Numbered from the stretch's first letter, positions 48,916 through 58,817 are shown. The stretch: DNA of 64,000 nt from Clostridium sp. CAG:433 (GCA_000433675.1 FR893564.1:52660-116659); one strand, 5' to 3'. Notes: generated by a model not told the origin, from the sequence alone. Program-made: numbers and translations.

Positions 48916-49683
48916 ATGTTTAAGAAACCATATTATGAAACAGATGGTTTTAAATTGATAAAAGGAGATTCATTTAAAGAATTAAAAAAGATTGAACCTA
49001 AATCAATAGACATGATTTTTGCAGATCCTCCTTATTTTTTATCTGGAGATGGTATAAGTTGTAGTGCAGGTAAAATGGTAAGTGTAAAAAAAGGTGAATG
49101 GGATGAAAAAATAAATATTGATAAAAAACATAAGTTTAATCGAAACTGGATTAAATTGTGTTACAATATTTTAAAAGATGAAGGAACAATATGGATTAGT
49201 GGAACAATGCATAATATTTACTCAATAGGTATGGCATTGGAACAAGAAGGCTTTAAAATAATAAATAATATAACTTGGAAAAAATTAAATCCACCACCGA
49301 ATATAAGCTGTCGTGCATTTGTTCACTCGACAGAAACAATTTTATGGGCAAAAAAAGATATTAAAAAAGCAAAACATAAATTTAATTATTCCTTGATGAA
49401 AGAGTTAAATGATAATAAACAAATGAAAGATGTTTGGGAGTCATCATTAACTAAACCTAGTGAGAAAAAACAAGGAAAACATCCAACTCAAAAACCTATT
49501 GCCATATTAGAAAGAATAATATTAGCATCTACAGATGAAGGAGATTTAATTTTAGATCCGTTTAATGGAAGTGGAACAACAGGAATTGTAGCGAATAAAT
49601 TAAATAGAAAATATATAGGAATAGAACAAGAAAAAGAATATTTAGATTTAACTATTAGAAGAAAGGAAGAAAATGATGAATAG
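48916..49683 (+). CDS. second N6/N4 DNA methyltransferase (DpnA-like, beta class)
   Basis: IFADPPYFLSGDG motif IV near the N-terminus, …HPTQKPIAILERII…, C-terminal FNGSGTTG (motif I). Confidence 0.8.
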   Translation: MFKKPYYETDGFKLIKGDSFKELKKIEPKSIDMIFADPPYFLSGDGISCSAGKMVSVKKGEWDEKINIDKKHKFNRNWIKLCYNILKDEGTIWISGTMHNIYSIGMALEQEGFKIINNITWKKLNPPPNISCRAFVHSTETILWAKKDIKKAKHKFNYSLMKELNDNKQMKDVWESSLTKPSEKKQGKHPTQKPIAILERIILASTDEGDLILDPFNGSGTTGIVANKLNRKYIGIEQEKEYLDLTIRRKEENDE

Positions 49684-50533
49684 AAATTTTAATGATTGGT
49701 TAAGTAAATTTAAAGCAAGTATTTCAAATTATAGTTATTATGTTGATTTTAACAAGATATATGGAAATGTAGACAAAATAAAAATTGAACTTAATATTTT
49801 AAATTCTTTAATTGGTAGTCAAAATATAGAAGAAGAATTTAGAAATATTATTTTTAAATATCCTGAAACATTGGAGTGTATTCCAGTTTTATTGGCAGTT
49901 AGATCAAATGAAATTTTTGTTAAAGATGAATTTGATGAATATTTATTCAAATTTAATAAAATGGTTTATTCAATTGATGATTATGTAAAATTCATGAAAG
50001 AAACTGGGTTATTTGATTTATTAGAAAATCATTTGATAAATAATTTATATGATTATGTTTTAGGTGTTGAAGTAGGCTTAGATTCAAATGGTAGAAAAAA
50101 TCGTGGTGGACATTTAATGGAAGATTTAGTAGAAAGTTATATTGTAAAAGCTGGATATGAAAAGAATGTTAATTATTTTAAAGAAATGTATTTAAGTGAC
50201 ATTGAAAAAAGATGGGGATTAGATTTATCTGCGATGTCTGGTGATAATACTTCTACAAAAAGATTTGATTTTGTTATTAAAACTGATAATCAGGTATATG
50301 TTATAGAAACTAATTTTTATGCTTCAGGTGGTTCGAAATTAAATGAAACAGCAAGAAGTTATAAAATGTTAGCAGAAGAATCAAAAAAAGTTGGTGGAGT
50401 AACATTTATATGGTTCACAGATGGAAAAGGTTGGAATAGTGCAAGAAAGAATCTTGAGGAAACATTTAATGAATTAGATACTTTATATTCAATAAATGAT
50501 TTGGAAAATGGTGTGTTAAATAATTTGGAGTGA
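49673..50533 (+). CDS. probable DpnII/MboI-like restriction endonuclease
   Basis: Third gene of a two-methylase cassette in the order of S. pneumoniae dpnM-dpnA-dpnB; 286 aa; overlaps upstream gene by 11 nt; no motif recognised by eye. Confidence 0.5.
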   Translation: MMNRNFNDWLSKFKASISNYSYYVDFNKIYGNVDKIKIELNILNSLIGSQNIEEEFRNIIFKYPETLECIPVLLAVRSNEIFVKDEFDEYLFKFNKMVYSIDDYVKFMKETGLFDLLENHLINNLYDYVLGVEVGLDSNGRKNRGGHLMEDLVESYIVKAGYEKNVNYFKEMYLSDIEKRWGLDLSAMSGDNTSTKRFDFVIKTDNQVYVIETNFYASGGSKLNETARSYKMLAEESKKVGGVTFIWFTDGKGWNSARKNLEETFNELDTLYSINDLENGVLNNLE

Positions 50534-50539
50534 TAAGCA

Positions 50540-52297
50540 GTGAATAATAGAATAATTAATAGTTATGTAGAAAATTTTTGTGGACAAAACGATTTTGATT
50601 CAAATAAATTTTTGTTATTTTCTACATATCAAATTTGTAAAAAACATAATTTAGATGAAAATATGTTAATTGATTGTGTTGTAGAAGGTGGAGGAGATGG
50701 TGGATTAGACTCTATTGTTGCATTAGTAGATAAAAAATATATATATTCTTTAGATGAATTTAATGAGTATGCTGAACAAATTAATGAAAACTCAAGAATA
50801 GATTTATACTTTATACAAGCAAAAGAAACAAATGGCATAAAAGAAACAGCATTTATGAAAATTAAAGATGTATTTGAAAAGTTGTTAGTTTCCAACAGTA
50901 TAACAGAAGAATTAAGAATACAATATAATCAAGTGTTAATAGAAAAATTCGAGTTAATAAATGAAATAATTATTAAATCATCTCCTAAAACAAATAATAT
51001 ATATATTAATGTTGCATATGCATATACAGGAAATTTAGATAAAGATAGTATTTCAATAGGAACTAAAAATCAAATTAATTCTATAAAAAAACTAGTTAGC
51101 GATACAACATATATAAATGAAGCAAATATATCCGTTGATATTTTTGATAGTAATAAATTAATTAACATAGCTAATAAAAGCATACAAAAAGATTATATAA
51201 TAAAATATAAAACGATTTTTAAAATGAATTATAGATCAGATAGTGAAAATGGTTTTGTTATGAATATGTCTATAAAGGATTATTATAATTTAATAACACA
51301 AGATAATGAAATTATCGATGTATTATTTGAAGGTAATATTCGTGATTTTGAAGGTCAAACAGTTGAGGTGAATAAAAATATAAAAAACACACTTGAAGAA
51401 GTTTATGATGCAGATTTTTGGTGGCTAAATAACGGCATAACTATGATAGTTGATTCGTATACTCCATTGCCAAATGATAGTGCGAAGGTTGTAAATCCTA
51501 TAATAGTTAATGGACTTCAAACTTCATATACAATATTTAATTATTTTAAAGAAAATATTGATAAGCTAGAAAATGAAGACAGAAACATATTACTTAAAAT
51601 AGTTAATACTGATAGCATAAATATCTCTGATATGATTATATCATCAACAAATAGGCAAAATGCTGTTAAACCAGCACAACTAAAAGCTACAGATCCGATA
51701 CAAAAAGACATAGAACAATTATTGTTGAAAAATGGTATATATTATGAAAGAAGAAAAAATTATTATAAAAACAGAGGAATTGATAAACATAAAATAGTGA
51801 CATTAGAAAACTTAGCTCAATATCTAGAATCAATTTATTATGGTAATTGCAGTGGAGCACGTAATAATCCAACTACATTATTAAAAAGTGAAAAACTTTA
51901 TAACAAATTATTTAATAATAGTATAAATCCTAATATATATACTATAACATCTGAAGTCGCTCTAAAAACATTAGAATGTTTAAGAAAAATCAAAAAAAAT
52001 AATGATGATATTTTTAACAAAAAACATTCTGTTTCATTAGATATATTTAAATTTTATATTATGAGAATGATTGTATTATGTTTATGTGGTAACAACATAA
52101 GTGAAAACTACTTAGAAATAGATTTAGAAAAAATAGATTATGATTTAACAGTAAATATTATTAATAAATTAGAATCTATAGTATCAGATATAAAAGATGA
52201 TAACGATAATATCATTAATATTTCTAAATCAAAAGAATTAGATAATAAAATTAATTCAGAAGATTTGTCTGAAATATGCTTAAAAGTAACTACTTAA
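50540..52297 (+). CDS. AIPR-like abortive-infection protein
   Basis: N-terminal VVEGGGDGGLDSIVAL resembling the AIPR GDGG(I/L)D signature; 585 aa; directly downstream of an RM cassette. Confidence 0.5.
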   Translation: MNNRIINSYVENFCGQNDFDSNKFLLFSTYQICKKHNLDENMLIDCVVEGGGDGGLDSIVALVDKKYIYSLDEFNEYAEQINENSRIDLYFIQAKETNGIKETAFMKIKDVFEKLLVSNSITEELRIQYNQVLIEKFELINEIIIKSSPKTNNIYINVAYAYTGNLDKDSISIGTKNQINSIKKLVSDTTYINEANISVDIFDSNKLINIANKSIQKDYIIKYKTIFKMNYRSDSENGFVMNMSIKDYYNLITQDNEIIDVLFEGNIRDFEGQTVEVNKNIKNTLEEVYDADFWWLNNGITMIVDSYTPLPNDSAKVVNPIIVNGLQTSYTIFNYFKENIDKLENEDRNILLKIVNTDSINISDMIISSTNRQNAVKPAQLKATDPIQKDIEQLLLKNGIYYERRKNYYKNRGIDKHKIVTLENLAQYLESIYYGNCSGARNNPTTLLKSEKLYNKLFNNSINPNIYTITSEVALKTLECLRKIKKNNDDIFNKKHSVSLDIFKFYIMRMIVLCLCGNNISENYLEIDLEKIDYDLTVNIINKLESIVSDIKDDNDNIINISKSKELDNKINSEDLSEICLKVTT

Positions 52298-52351
52298 TAA
52301 CATATATGTATATAATGTCATAATGTCATTAGTTAAAAAATATTAGGAGGT

Positions 52352-53026
52352 TTGGATATGAAAATGAGAAGTCAAATTATAATTGATTTAATTAATAATA
52401 AAATAAATATTACTCAAGCTATGGATACTTTAAAAATATTATTAAATGATATAGACAATCCAGAAATTAAAAATTGGTTGCTAAAAGAAATTGACGGTTA
52501 TAATCAAGATGATGATATTCCAAAATATAGAATTGTTCCAGCAACTATCACTGGAGAATATCTTGCAAGTTATGGAAGGATTCATGCAAAAAAACACCCA
52601 ATACCTATCGATCCACAATATATAGCTGATTGGAATTCAGTAAAAATTTTTGCTGGAATAAATGAAATATACCAATTTTCATTAGCAGAACAAAAAGAAG
52701 ACAGTCATCACTTATCAATATCATTACATCCAGTTTTAGTCAATCAAATAGCAATGATCGATGGCGAAGTGTTAGAAGCACATCAAGATTTATCAATTTA
52801 TGCTTATACTAATATAATAGGAAAATTAAAAGAAATAATACTTGATATTTTATTAAAATTAGAAAAAGAATATGGAAATTTAGATAGCTATTATATTGAA
52901 TTTGAGAATGATGAAAAAGAAAAGCAAACAATAAATTATATTATTAGCATAATAGACAATTCAATTAAATTTGGAGATAAGAATACTATAAAAAATTCTA
53001 ATATTGGTGATGAAAATGAAAATTAA
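52352..53026 (+). CDS. hypothetical protein (possible Abi-associated component)
   Basis: 224 aa; RBS AGGAGG; last protein-sized gene before right att. Confidence 0.4.
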   Translation: MDMKMRSQIIIDLINNKINITQAMDTLKILLNDIDNPEIKNWLLKEIDGYNQDDDIPKYRIVPATITGEYLASYGRIHAKKHPIPIDPQYIADWNSVKIFAGINEIYQFSLAEQKEDSHHLSISLHPVLVNQIAMIDGEVLEAHQDLSIYAYTNIIGKLKEIILDILLKLEKEYGNLDSYYIEFENDEKEKQTINYIISIIDNSIKFGDKNTIKNSNIGDENEN

Positions 53027-53183
53027 AATTGGAAAGAAAAATAAATTTAAAAATGTAAATATGGGTAATAACAATATAATTAACGAAGATAAAAACAATA
53101 AATCAAATATTATCATAGATATAATTGTCGGAATAATAGTTGCAGTTATTGGAGCTATAATTATAAAATTGTTAAAAATATAA
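53016..53183 (+). CDS. small membrane peptide (55 aa), translationally coupled
   Basis: ATG at 53016 overlaps the stop region of the upstream ORF; MKIKIGKKNKFKNVNMGNNNIINEDKNNKSNIIIDIIVGIIVAVIGAIIIKLLKI has a C-terminal TM helix; below the size cutoff of the ORF track. Confidence 0.4.
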   Translation: MKIKIGKKNKFKNVNMGNNNIINEDKNNKSNIIIDIIVGIIVAVIGAIIIKLLKI

Positions 53184-53200
53184 ATAGCTGACAAGTATTT

Positions 53201-53221
53201 CTACCCATCAGCTACCCATCA
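53201..53221 (+). repeat. direct repeat (right att) of element 2
   Basis: CTACCCATCAGCTACCCATCA. Confidence 0.7.
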
Positions 53222-53293
53222 AATTCATGTAAATTTATCAATTTTTGATTAAATTTTATTAAACTTAAAATGAGTTATATGTCGATATTACGT

Positions 53294-53317
53294 GGCTTTT
53301 CAACAAGCCTCTTTTTT
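53294..53317 (+). terminator. rho-independent terminator
   Basis: GGCTT-ttcaaca-AAGCC followed by TCTTTTTT. Confidence 0.6.
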
Positions 53318-53327
53318 AATATAATAG

Positions 53328-53360
53328 CCCCCTGAAGAGAGCGAAAGCTCTCATTTTTTT
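53328..53360 (+). terminator. rho-independent terminator (CCCCCTGAAG-type)
   Basis: CCCCCTGAAG AGAGC-gaa-AGCTCTC ATTTTTTT. Confidence 0.7.
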
Positions 53361-53547
53361 ATTTAATTTATTTGTGAAAAATTGAAATAAATTGTTTTTT
53401 ATAAAAATGACTTTTATAAATTATATTATTTATTTTAGACAAGTTATTGCTGATTTACAAATATTATTATACATTAAAGTCAGAAAGTATATACCTATTA
53501 TGGCTTTGGGAATTATGGTATAATTAATTTGTATTGAAGGTGATAAA

Positions 53548-53994
53548 ATGTTGAATATGTCAAATAGTGAACAAAAAAATGTAAATAGTGAAAATAATAC
53601 ATTAATTATAAATAATAAAAATTATGAAATAGATAAAATAGAAATCTGTGGTAAATACAATATTGAATTAGTAACTAAAAATTCAAATATAACATTATAT
53701 CTAGATTTAAATAAAGACGTTATTGCCTCATTAGTTTTAAATGAAAAAACTAATATTTCTGATAAAATAAGTAAAGACCAAAATATAAAAATAGAAAATA
53801 TTAGTTATACATTTTATATTGAAAATGAATTATATATAACAAAAATAAATGATAATGGGTATAAAATTGAATTATCAATGCCTAATATAGAATTATTAAT
53901 TCCGCCATTTGATGAAATAAATAAATCAAGAAATGATACTAATAAATCATTTTTAAAAAATATTTACTTAAATGTCGTTATTGAATTAAAATAA
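53548..53994 (+). CDS. hypothetical protein
   Basis: 148-aa N/K-rich ORF upstream of the Type IIG RM gene. Confidence 0.35.
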   Translation: MLNMSNSEQKNVNSENNTLIINNKNYEIDKIEICGKYNIELVTKNSNITLYLDLNKDVIASLVLNEKTNISDKISKDQNIKIENISYTFYIENELYITKINDNGYKIELSMPNIELLIPPFDEINKSRNDTNKSFLKNIYLNVVIELK

Positions 53995-54190
53995 AAATAT
54001 AAATAAATCAAAAATTTATACTTGATAATCTTTATGTTCAAAATTTTAAGTGGTATAATAAAACTATACTTTTTTCTTAGAAATATAGTTTTTATATAAA
54101 AATAAAAAGTAGTTGATATAAAGTGAATTTAAGTAACTAAATGTAGATTCATAAAAAATATAAGATAAACAATCAGTTAGGAGTACAGAC

Positions 54191-56926
54191 ATGAACATAT
54201 TAGATTTAATCGATTATTTAAAAAAAATGGGTTATAAATTTCACAATTTAGATACAAATGAACCTTTTTTAAAAATAAATGGAACAAAAATTATTTTTAA
54301 TATAGTTAATAAAAAATATAAAGTAGAGGGTATTTCTGTAGGACATGAAAGAATCCTAGATTTAACAAGGCCTGAAAATTACAGCGTTGTAATGTTTTTG
54401 ATAAAACTATTAAAAAAAGGTTATTCGAAAAATGTAATTTCATTAGAAAAAAGGTGGCAATTAGGACATAATGATAGTGGATCACTTGATGTTATGTTAA
54501 AAAATCCTATTAATAATGATATTTACATGATAGAAATAAAATCTCAATCAGAAATAAATAAATACGTAAATTTAAATAACGAAAAAAAATTAAAACAAGT
54601 TTTTTCTTATGCAATTCAGGAAAAAACAACTAAAATAATATCTTTTTATTCTTATGATTTTTCTGAAAATAAGGATATGTTTTACAATGTATATACAGAA
54701 GATATATTAAAAGAATCCCAAAATGTAGATGACTTTTTTGAAAGATGGAATAAAGTATTTGATAAAAGCGATTATATTTCTAATAACAAAATATTTAATT
54801 CAAGACAATCAGTTAAAAAATATAGTCAATTAGAGAATATTACAAATAATGATACAAAAACCTTATTTAATCAATTTGCGACAATATTAAGATTACATTC
54901 TATTTCTGATAAGCCCAATGCTTTTATTAAGATGATTAATTTGTTTTTGGCTAAAATAAATGATGAAATTACATCTGATAAAAAATTTGAAGTAAAGGAT
55001 AATGCAGGAAATATACATACTTTAAATGGTATGAAGTTCCAATATATTAGGGGTATAGATACTCCAGTATCTTTTATGAAAAGACTTAATGAGTTATATA
55101 AAGAAGGAATGAAAGAATACTTAAATAAAGATGTAATTGATTATAATGATGAAGAAATCGATGATTTATTACCAGACAATGTAGAAAATAGAAAACTTAT
55201 TGTAGAAACATTTGATAATCTAAGACTTAAGAAAAATAATAATTTTACATTTATTGATGTATTTGATGATGAAACATTCTATCTTAATTTTGAGGTTGTA
55301 AAAAGTGTTGTTGAACTTCTTGAAAATTATAGATTTAAGTATGATACGAAACATCAATTTTTAGGAGACTTTTTTGAAGAATTATTAAATACCAGTTTAA
55401 AACAAGAAGCTGGTCAGTTCTTTACACCTTATCCAATTGTTGATTTTATGGTTGATTCATTACCATATGAAAAACTTATTAAGAAGAATGTAGATTTAGG
55501 AAGAATTAATTTTATCCCTTCTGTTATCGATTATGCGTGTGGAGCAGGACACTTTTTAATAAGCAGTATGGCAAAAACACAAGAAATAATTAAAAAAATG
55601 AAAAATGAAAATTATAATTTTAACGAATTACAAACTAAAAAAATAAATGCATATATTGATGATCCATATTCATGGGTAAACAAAAGAAATTGTGTTGGAA
55701 TTGAAAAGGATTACAGACTTGCCAAAACAACTAAAATAGCAACGTTTCTTAATGGAGATGGTAATGCTGAAATAATTAGTGGAGACGGAATTAACAAATT
55801 TAATTCTAAGGATTATGAAAATACAATTTTAAATTCAAGTAAAAATAAAATTGAAAAGTTTGATTTTGTTATATCAAATCCACCATATTCAATAGATGGA
55901 TTTATGAGAAATTTTTCAAAGAATGGAATTACTCCAGAATCAGGCGATTTTTCATTATTAAAAAAATTAAATTATACAGATTCTGCAATAGAAACATTTT
56001 TTGTTGAAAGAACAGAACAACTTTTAGTTAATAATGGATATTGTGCAATTGTATTGCCACAATCTATTCTATCAAATTCAAAATATGAAAATATGAGAAG
56101 ATTCATGTTTAAAAATTTTGAAATAAAAGCTTTAGTTATGACATCAGATATTACTTTTTCAGGAACAACAACATCACCAGTTATATTATTTTTAAAGAAG
56201 ACAAAAGTACCAAATAAGCATTACAAAACATTAGTAGTAGGATCACCAAAATACATGAAACCAACTGGAAGTAAAATGAAAGATCAGGAAATTAAATTTC
56301 TTGGTTATGAATTTAGTACAAATAGGGCAAAGTCAGGAATTACTATAAAAGATAATTCAATATTATCAAAAATATCACCTATAATAAATAATTTTATTTC
56401 TAACGATGAAATAAATATACCTAAAAATTTATCTAATTTAGTGTATAGTAAATATTTTGATGATATATTATTAAATTCTTCTAAAGAATATTGCGGAGAT
56501 ATATATCCAAAATATAATCTTAATGAGGGTAAACCATTATCTAATTATTGCAAGATTAATTGTAGAACAACAGAGGATTTCGATAAAATGCCATCTGATT
56601 ATCTTGAAATAGGGGGCTTATCTACATTACAAACTAGTGAAAAAAAGAAAACAACTAATAGATTCTGCAAAAAAGGTGATATTCTAGTCTCTAGTTTATG
56701 TCCAAAAAGAAATCAAATTAAAATAGCAGATAAAGATTATATGGTTACAACAGCAATACATGTATTATCTGATTTTGAAAGTGAAGAGATAAAAGAAAAA
56801 ATTTATGAAAAAATTAGATCTGATGAAGTTTTAGAACAAATGAATTCTTTACTTGATGGTTTTAAAATCACTTATGCTAAAATTTCAGATGCAAATTTAA
56901 TTAATAATATATTAATTAATATATAA
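54191..56926 (+). CDS. Type IIG restriction-modification enzyme (fused PD-(D/E)xK nuclease plus gamma-class N6-adenine methyltransferase plus target-recognition domain)
   Basis: N-terminal D…EIK (SLDVMLKN…IYMIEIKSQ), GQFFTPYPIVDFMV, VIDYACGAGHFLIS (motif I), FVISNPPYS (motif IV), about 340-aa C-terminal region; 911 aa. Confidence 0.7.
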   Translation: MNILDLIDYLKKMGYKFHNLDTNEPFLKINGTKIIFNIVNKKYKVEGISVGHERILDLTRPENYSVVMFLIKLLKKGYSKNVISLEKRWQLGHNDSGSLDVMLKNPINNDIYMIEIKSQSEINKYVNLNNEKKLKQVFSYAIQEKTTKIISFYSYDFSENKDMFYNVYTEDILKESQNVDDFFERWNKVFDKSDYISNNKIFNSRQSVKKYSQLENITNNDTKTLFNQFATILRLHSISDKPNAFIKMINLFLAKINDEITSDKKFEVKDNAGNIHTLNGMKFQYIRGIDTPVSFMKRLNELYKEGMKEYLNKDVIDYNDEEIDDLLPDNVENRKLIVETFDNLRLKKNNNFTFIDVFDDETFYLNFEVVKSVVELLENYRFKYDTKHQFLGDFFEELLNTSLKQEAGQFFTPYPIVDFMVDSLPYEKLIKKNVDLGRINFIPSVIDYACGAGHFLISSMAKTQEIIKKMKNENYNFNELQTKKINAYIDDPYSWVNKRNCVGIEKDYRLAKTTKIATFLNGDGNAEIISGDGINKFNSKDYENTILNSSKNKIEKFDFVISNPPYSIDGFMRNFSKNGITPESGDFSLLKKLNYTDSAIETFFVERTEQLLVNNGYCAIVLPQSILSNSKYENMRRFMFKNFEIKALVMTSDITFSGTTTSPVILFLKKTKVPNKHYKTLVVGSPKYMKPTGSKMKDQEIKFLGYEFSTNRAKSGITIKDNSILSKISPIINNFISNDEINIPKNLSNLVYSKYFDDILLNSSKEYCGDIYPKYNLNEGKPLSNYCKINCRTTEDFDKMPSDYLEIGGLSTLQTSEKKKTTNRFCKKGDILVSSLCPKRNQIKIADKDYMVTTAIHVLSDFESEEIKEKIYEKIRSDEVLEQMNSLLDGFKITYAKISDANLINNILINI

Positions 56927-56958
56927 AAAATAACTAGTTCTTTTTTGAACTAGTTATT

Positions 56959-57519
56959 TTAATAATCAAATAGTTTACAATTATAGTCAAATAATAAATC
57001 ATTAATAGTAGATATTTTATAAATTTTATTAATAAAACAAAATCTAATTATTAAATCATAACGATTATTCTTTGGTAATGAATACGATGCACTATTTAAA
57101 AGTGTATCAATTTCTTGTTCATTAAGTTCAAGTGATAATCCTAAAAGAATAACAGTTTCTTTACTTGGATGATATTTTTTATCATTTCTTATTTTTGAAA
57201 ATAATCTTCTATCAATATGTACTTTATTATAAACATCACTATCTTTTAAATTTCTATCATCTATCATTTTAAAAAGAGTTGTTTGAAAGTCACTATATTT
57301 GTTTTCATTGTTTTCAATATATTTATCTATACTAGAATCATTTATTTCATTAGTAATATCAATTGATGAAATACTGTAGTATTCATTTTCTTCAAATTCA
57401 TCATTTTTAGATACGTCTTTTATTCTTGTTATAAAGTTTTTAAAAAGTTTTTTTCTGTTACTATTTTTGTATAAATTTTCTTCTAAATATTGTTTAAGTT
57501 CTTCTTTCATATATATCAT
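56959..57519 (-). CDS. hypothetical protein
   Basis: 186-aa ORF convergent with the RM gene; no motif recognised. Confidence 0.4.
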   Translation of the reverse strand: MIYMKEELKQYLEENLYKNSNRKKLFKNFITRIKDVSKNDEFEENEYYSISSIDITNEINDSSIDKYIENNENKYSDFQTTLFKMIDDRNLKDSDVYNKVHIDRRLFSKIRNDKKYHPSKETVILLGLSLELNEQEIDTLLNSASYSLPKNNRYDLIIRFCFINKIYKISTINDLLFDYNCKLFDY

Positions 57520-57626
57520 CCCCTTTCATGAACTATTATACCATATAGTATATATTTGTCGCTTATTTGGCGACCAATTTTAAATTTTATTTTGATAATA
57601 TATTGGTGAAAAGAGGAGTGAGAATA

Positions 57627-58217
57627 ATGAAAAAAGAAGTAACAGATATTGTTTTTTTACTTGATAGAAGCGGTTCAATGTCAGGATTGGAAAATGATAC
57701 CATAAAAAGTTATAATAATTATTTAGAAAGGATGAAAAGTCAAAATGTAAGAGTAACAACAGTATTATTTGATGATAAGTATGAAATGATTACAGAACAA
57801 ACAGATATTAAAAATGTAAAAAAGATGGATAAAAGAACATATTACACAAGAGGAAGTACTGCACTATTAGATGCGATTGGTAAGACTATAAAATACTTAG
57901 ATAATATAAATCCAAAAAAAGTTTTATTTATTATAACAACAGATGGATATGAAAATTCATCTATAGAGTATAGTAAGAATATGATAAAAAAGTTAATTGA
58001 AAGTCATAATAATTGGGAATTTATATTTTTAGGTGCTGATATTGATTCATATACAGAGGCTTGTTCTATAGGTATAAAAGAAAATAGAATTTCAAATTAT
58101 TGTAAATCTAAAAATGGGGTAAAAAAAGTTTTTGATAGGTTAAAAAATTTATCAGAGATGTATTACGAAAGTAATTGCATTTCAGAAGATTGGAATGATG
58201 GATTAGAGGATGATTAA
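57627..58217 (+). CDS. von Willebrand factor A domain protein (TerY-like, about 196 aa)
   Basis: MIDAS motif DIVFLLDRSGSMSG plus downstream T and D (ITTDGYENS); RBS AGAGGAG. Confidence 0.7.
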   Translation: MKKEVTDIVFLLDRSGSMSGLENDTIKSYNNYLERMKSQNVRVTTVLFDDKYEMITEQTDIKNVKKMDKRTYYTRGSTALLDAIGKTIKYLDNINPKKVLFIITTDGYENSSIEYSKNMIKKLIESHNNWEFIFLGADIDSYTEACSIGIKENRISNYCKSKNGVKKVFDRLKNLSEMYYESNCISEDWNDGLEDD

Positions 58218-58360
58218 AATATAAGGAAAAACAAAATCTCAATAAAATGAGATTTTTTTAGTATTTTTATATAATGTAGTAATATTGTAGTAAAATTGTA
58301 GAAATATGTTGACAATGAATTTTTCTGGTGATATATTTAATTCAGGAGGTTGAGAAATTT

Positions 58361-58798
58361 ATGGGTAATGTAAGTGAAAAAATGACAAAAGAAGAATTAT
58401 TGGAGTTATTTAGTAAGTATGATTTAGTTGAGTTAACTGCGATGAATACAGTTTTAAATTATGCAAAAGATGTTGATACAATGGAAGCAGAAACTGTAAT
58501 TAGAAAAGTATTTAATGATGCGGATGATGAAGTTAGTGAAGATTATGGACTTTTTATGCGTCATTATACACCTTCAATGTCTATGATCAATAAAAAATCA
58601 GATTTATTAACTAAGAAAGAGGCAAAATATTTATTAGAATTTGCAAATGATGCTAAAAAATATTTTGAAGATATTAAATTATCTAAACCTGATGCTAATG
58701 TTGAACATGAATTACTTGAACTATACAAAATAACAGATTCATTAAATTCAATAGCATCAAGAAATGTTATAAAATTAAATTTAAGAAAAAAGGAATAA
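58361..58798 (+). CDS. hypothetical protein (146 aa)
   Basis: ATG 58361 with AGGAGG upstream; helical, no motif recognised; 19 nt upstream of the DinJ-NUDIX gene. Confidence 0.45.
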   Translation: MGNVSEKMTKEELLELFSKYDLVELTAMNTVLNYAKDVDTMEAETVIRKVFNDADDEVSEDYGLFMRHYTPSMSMINKKSDLLTKKEAKYLLEFANDAKKYFEDIKLSKPDANVEHELLELYKITDSLNSIASRNVIKLNLRKKE

Positions 58799-58817
58799 TG
58801 TATTGTGAGGTAAAAAA

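Larger units (their letters stand above)
41952..53221 (+). mobile_element. integrative mobilizable element (about 11.3 kb) carrying RM/Abi defence cargo
   Basis: 21-bp direct repeats; tyrosine integrase next to left repeat; MobV relaxase, AAA ATPase, XRE regulator, DpnII-like RM, AIPR. Confidence 0.65.
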
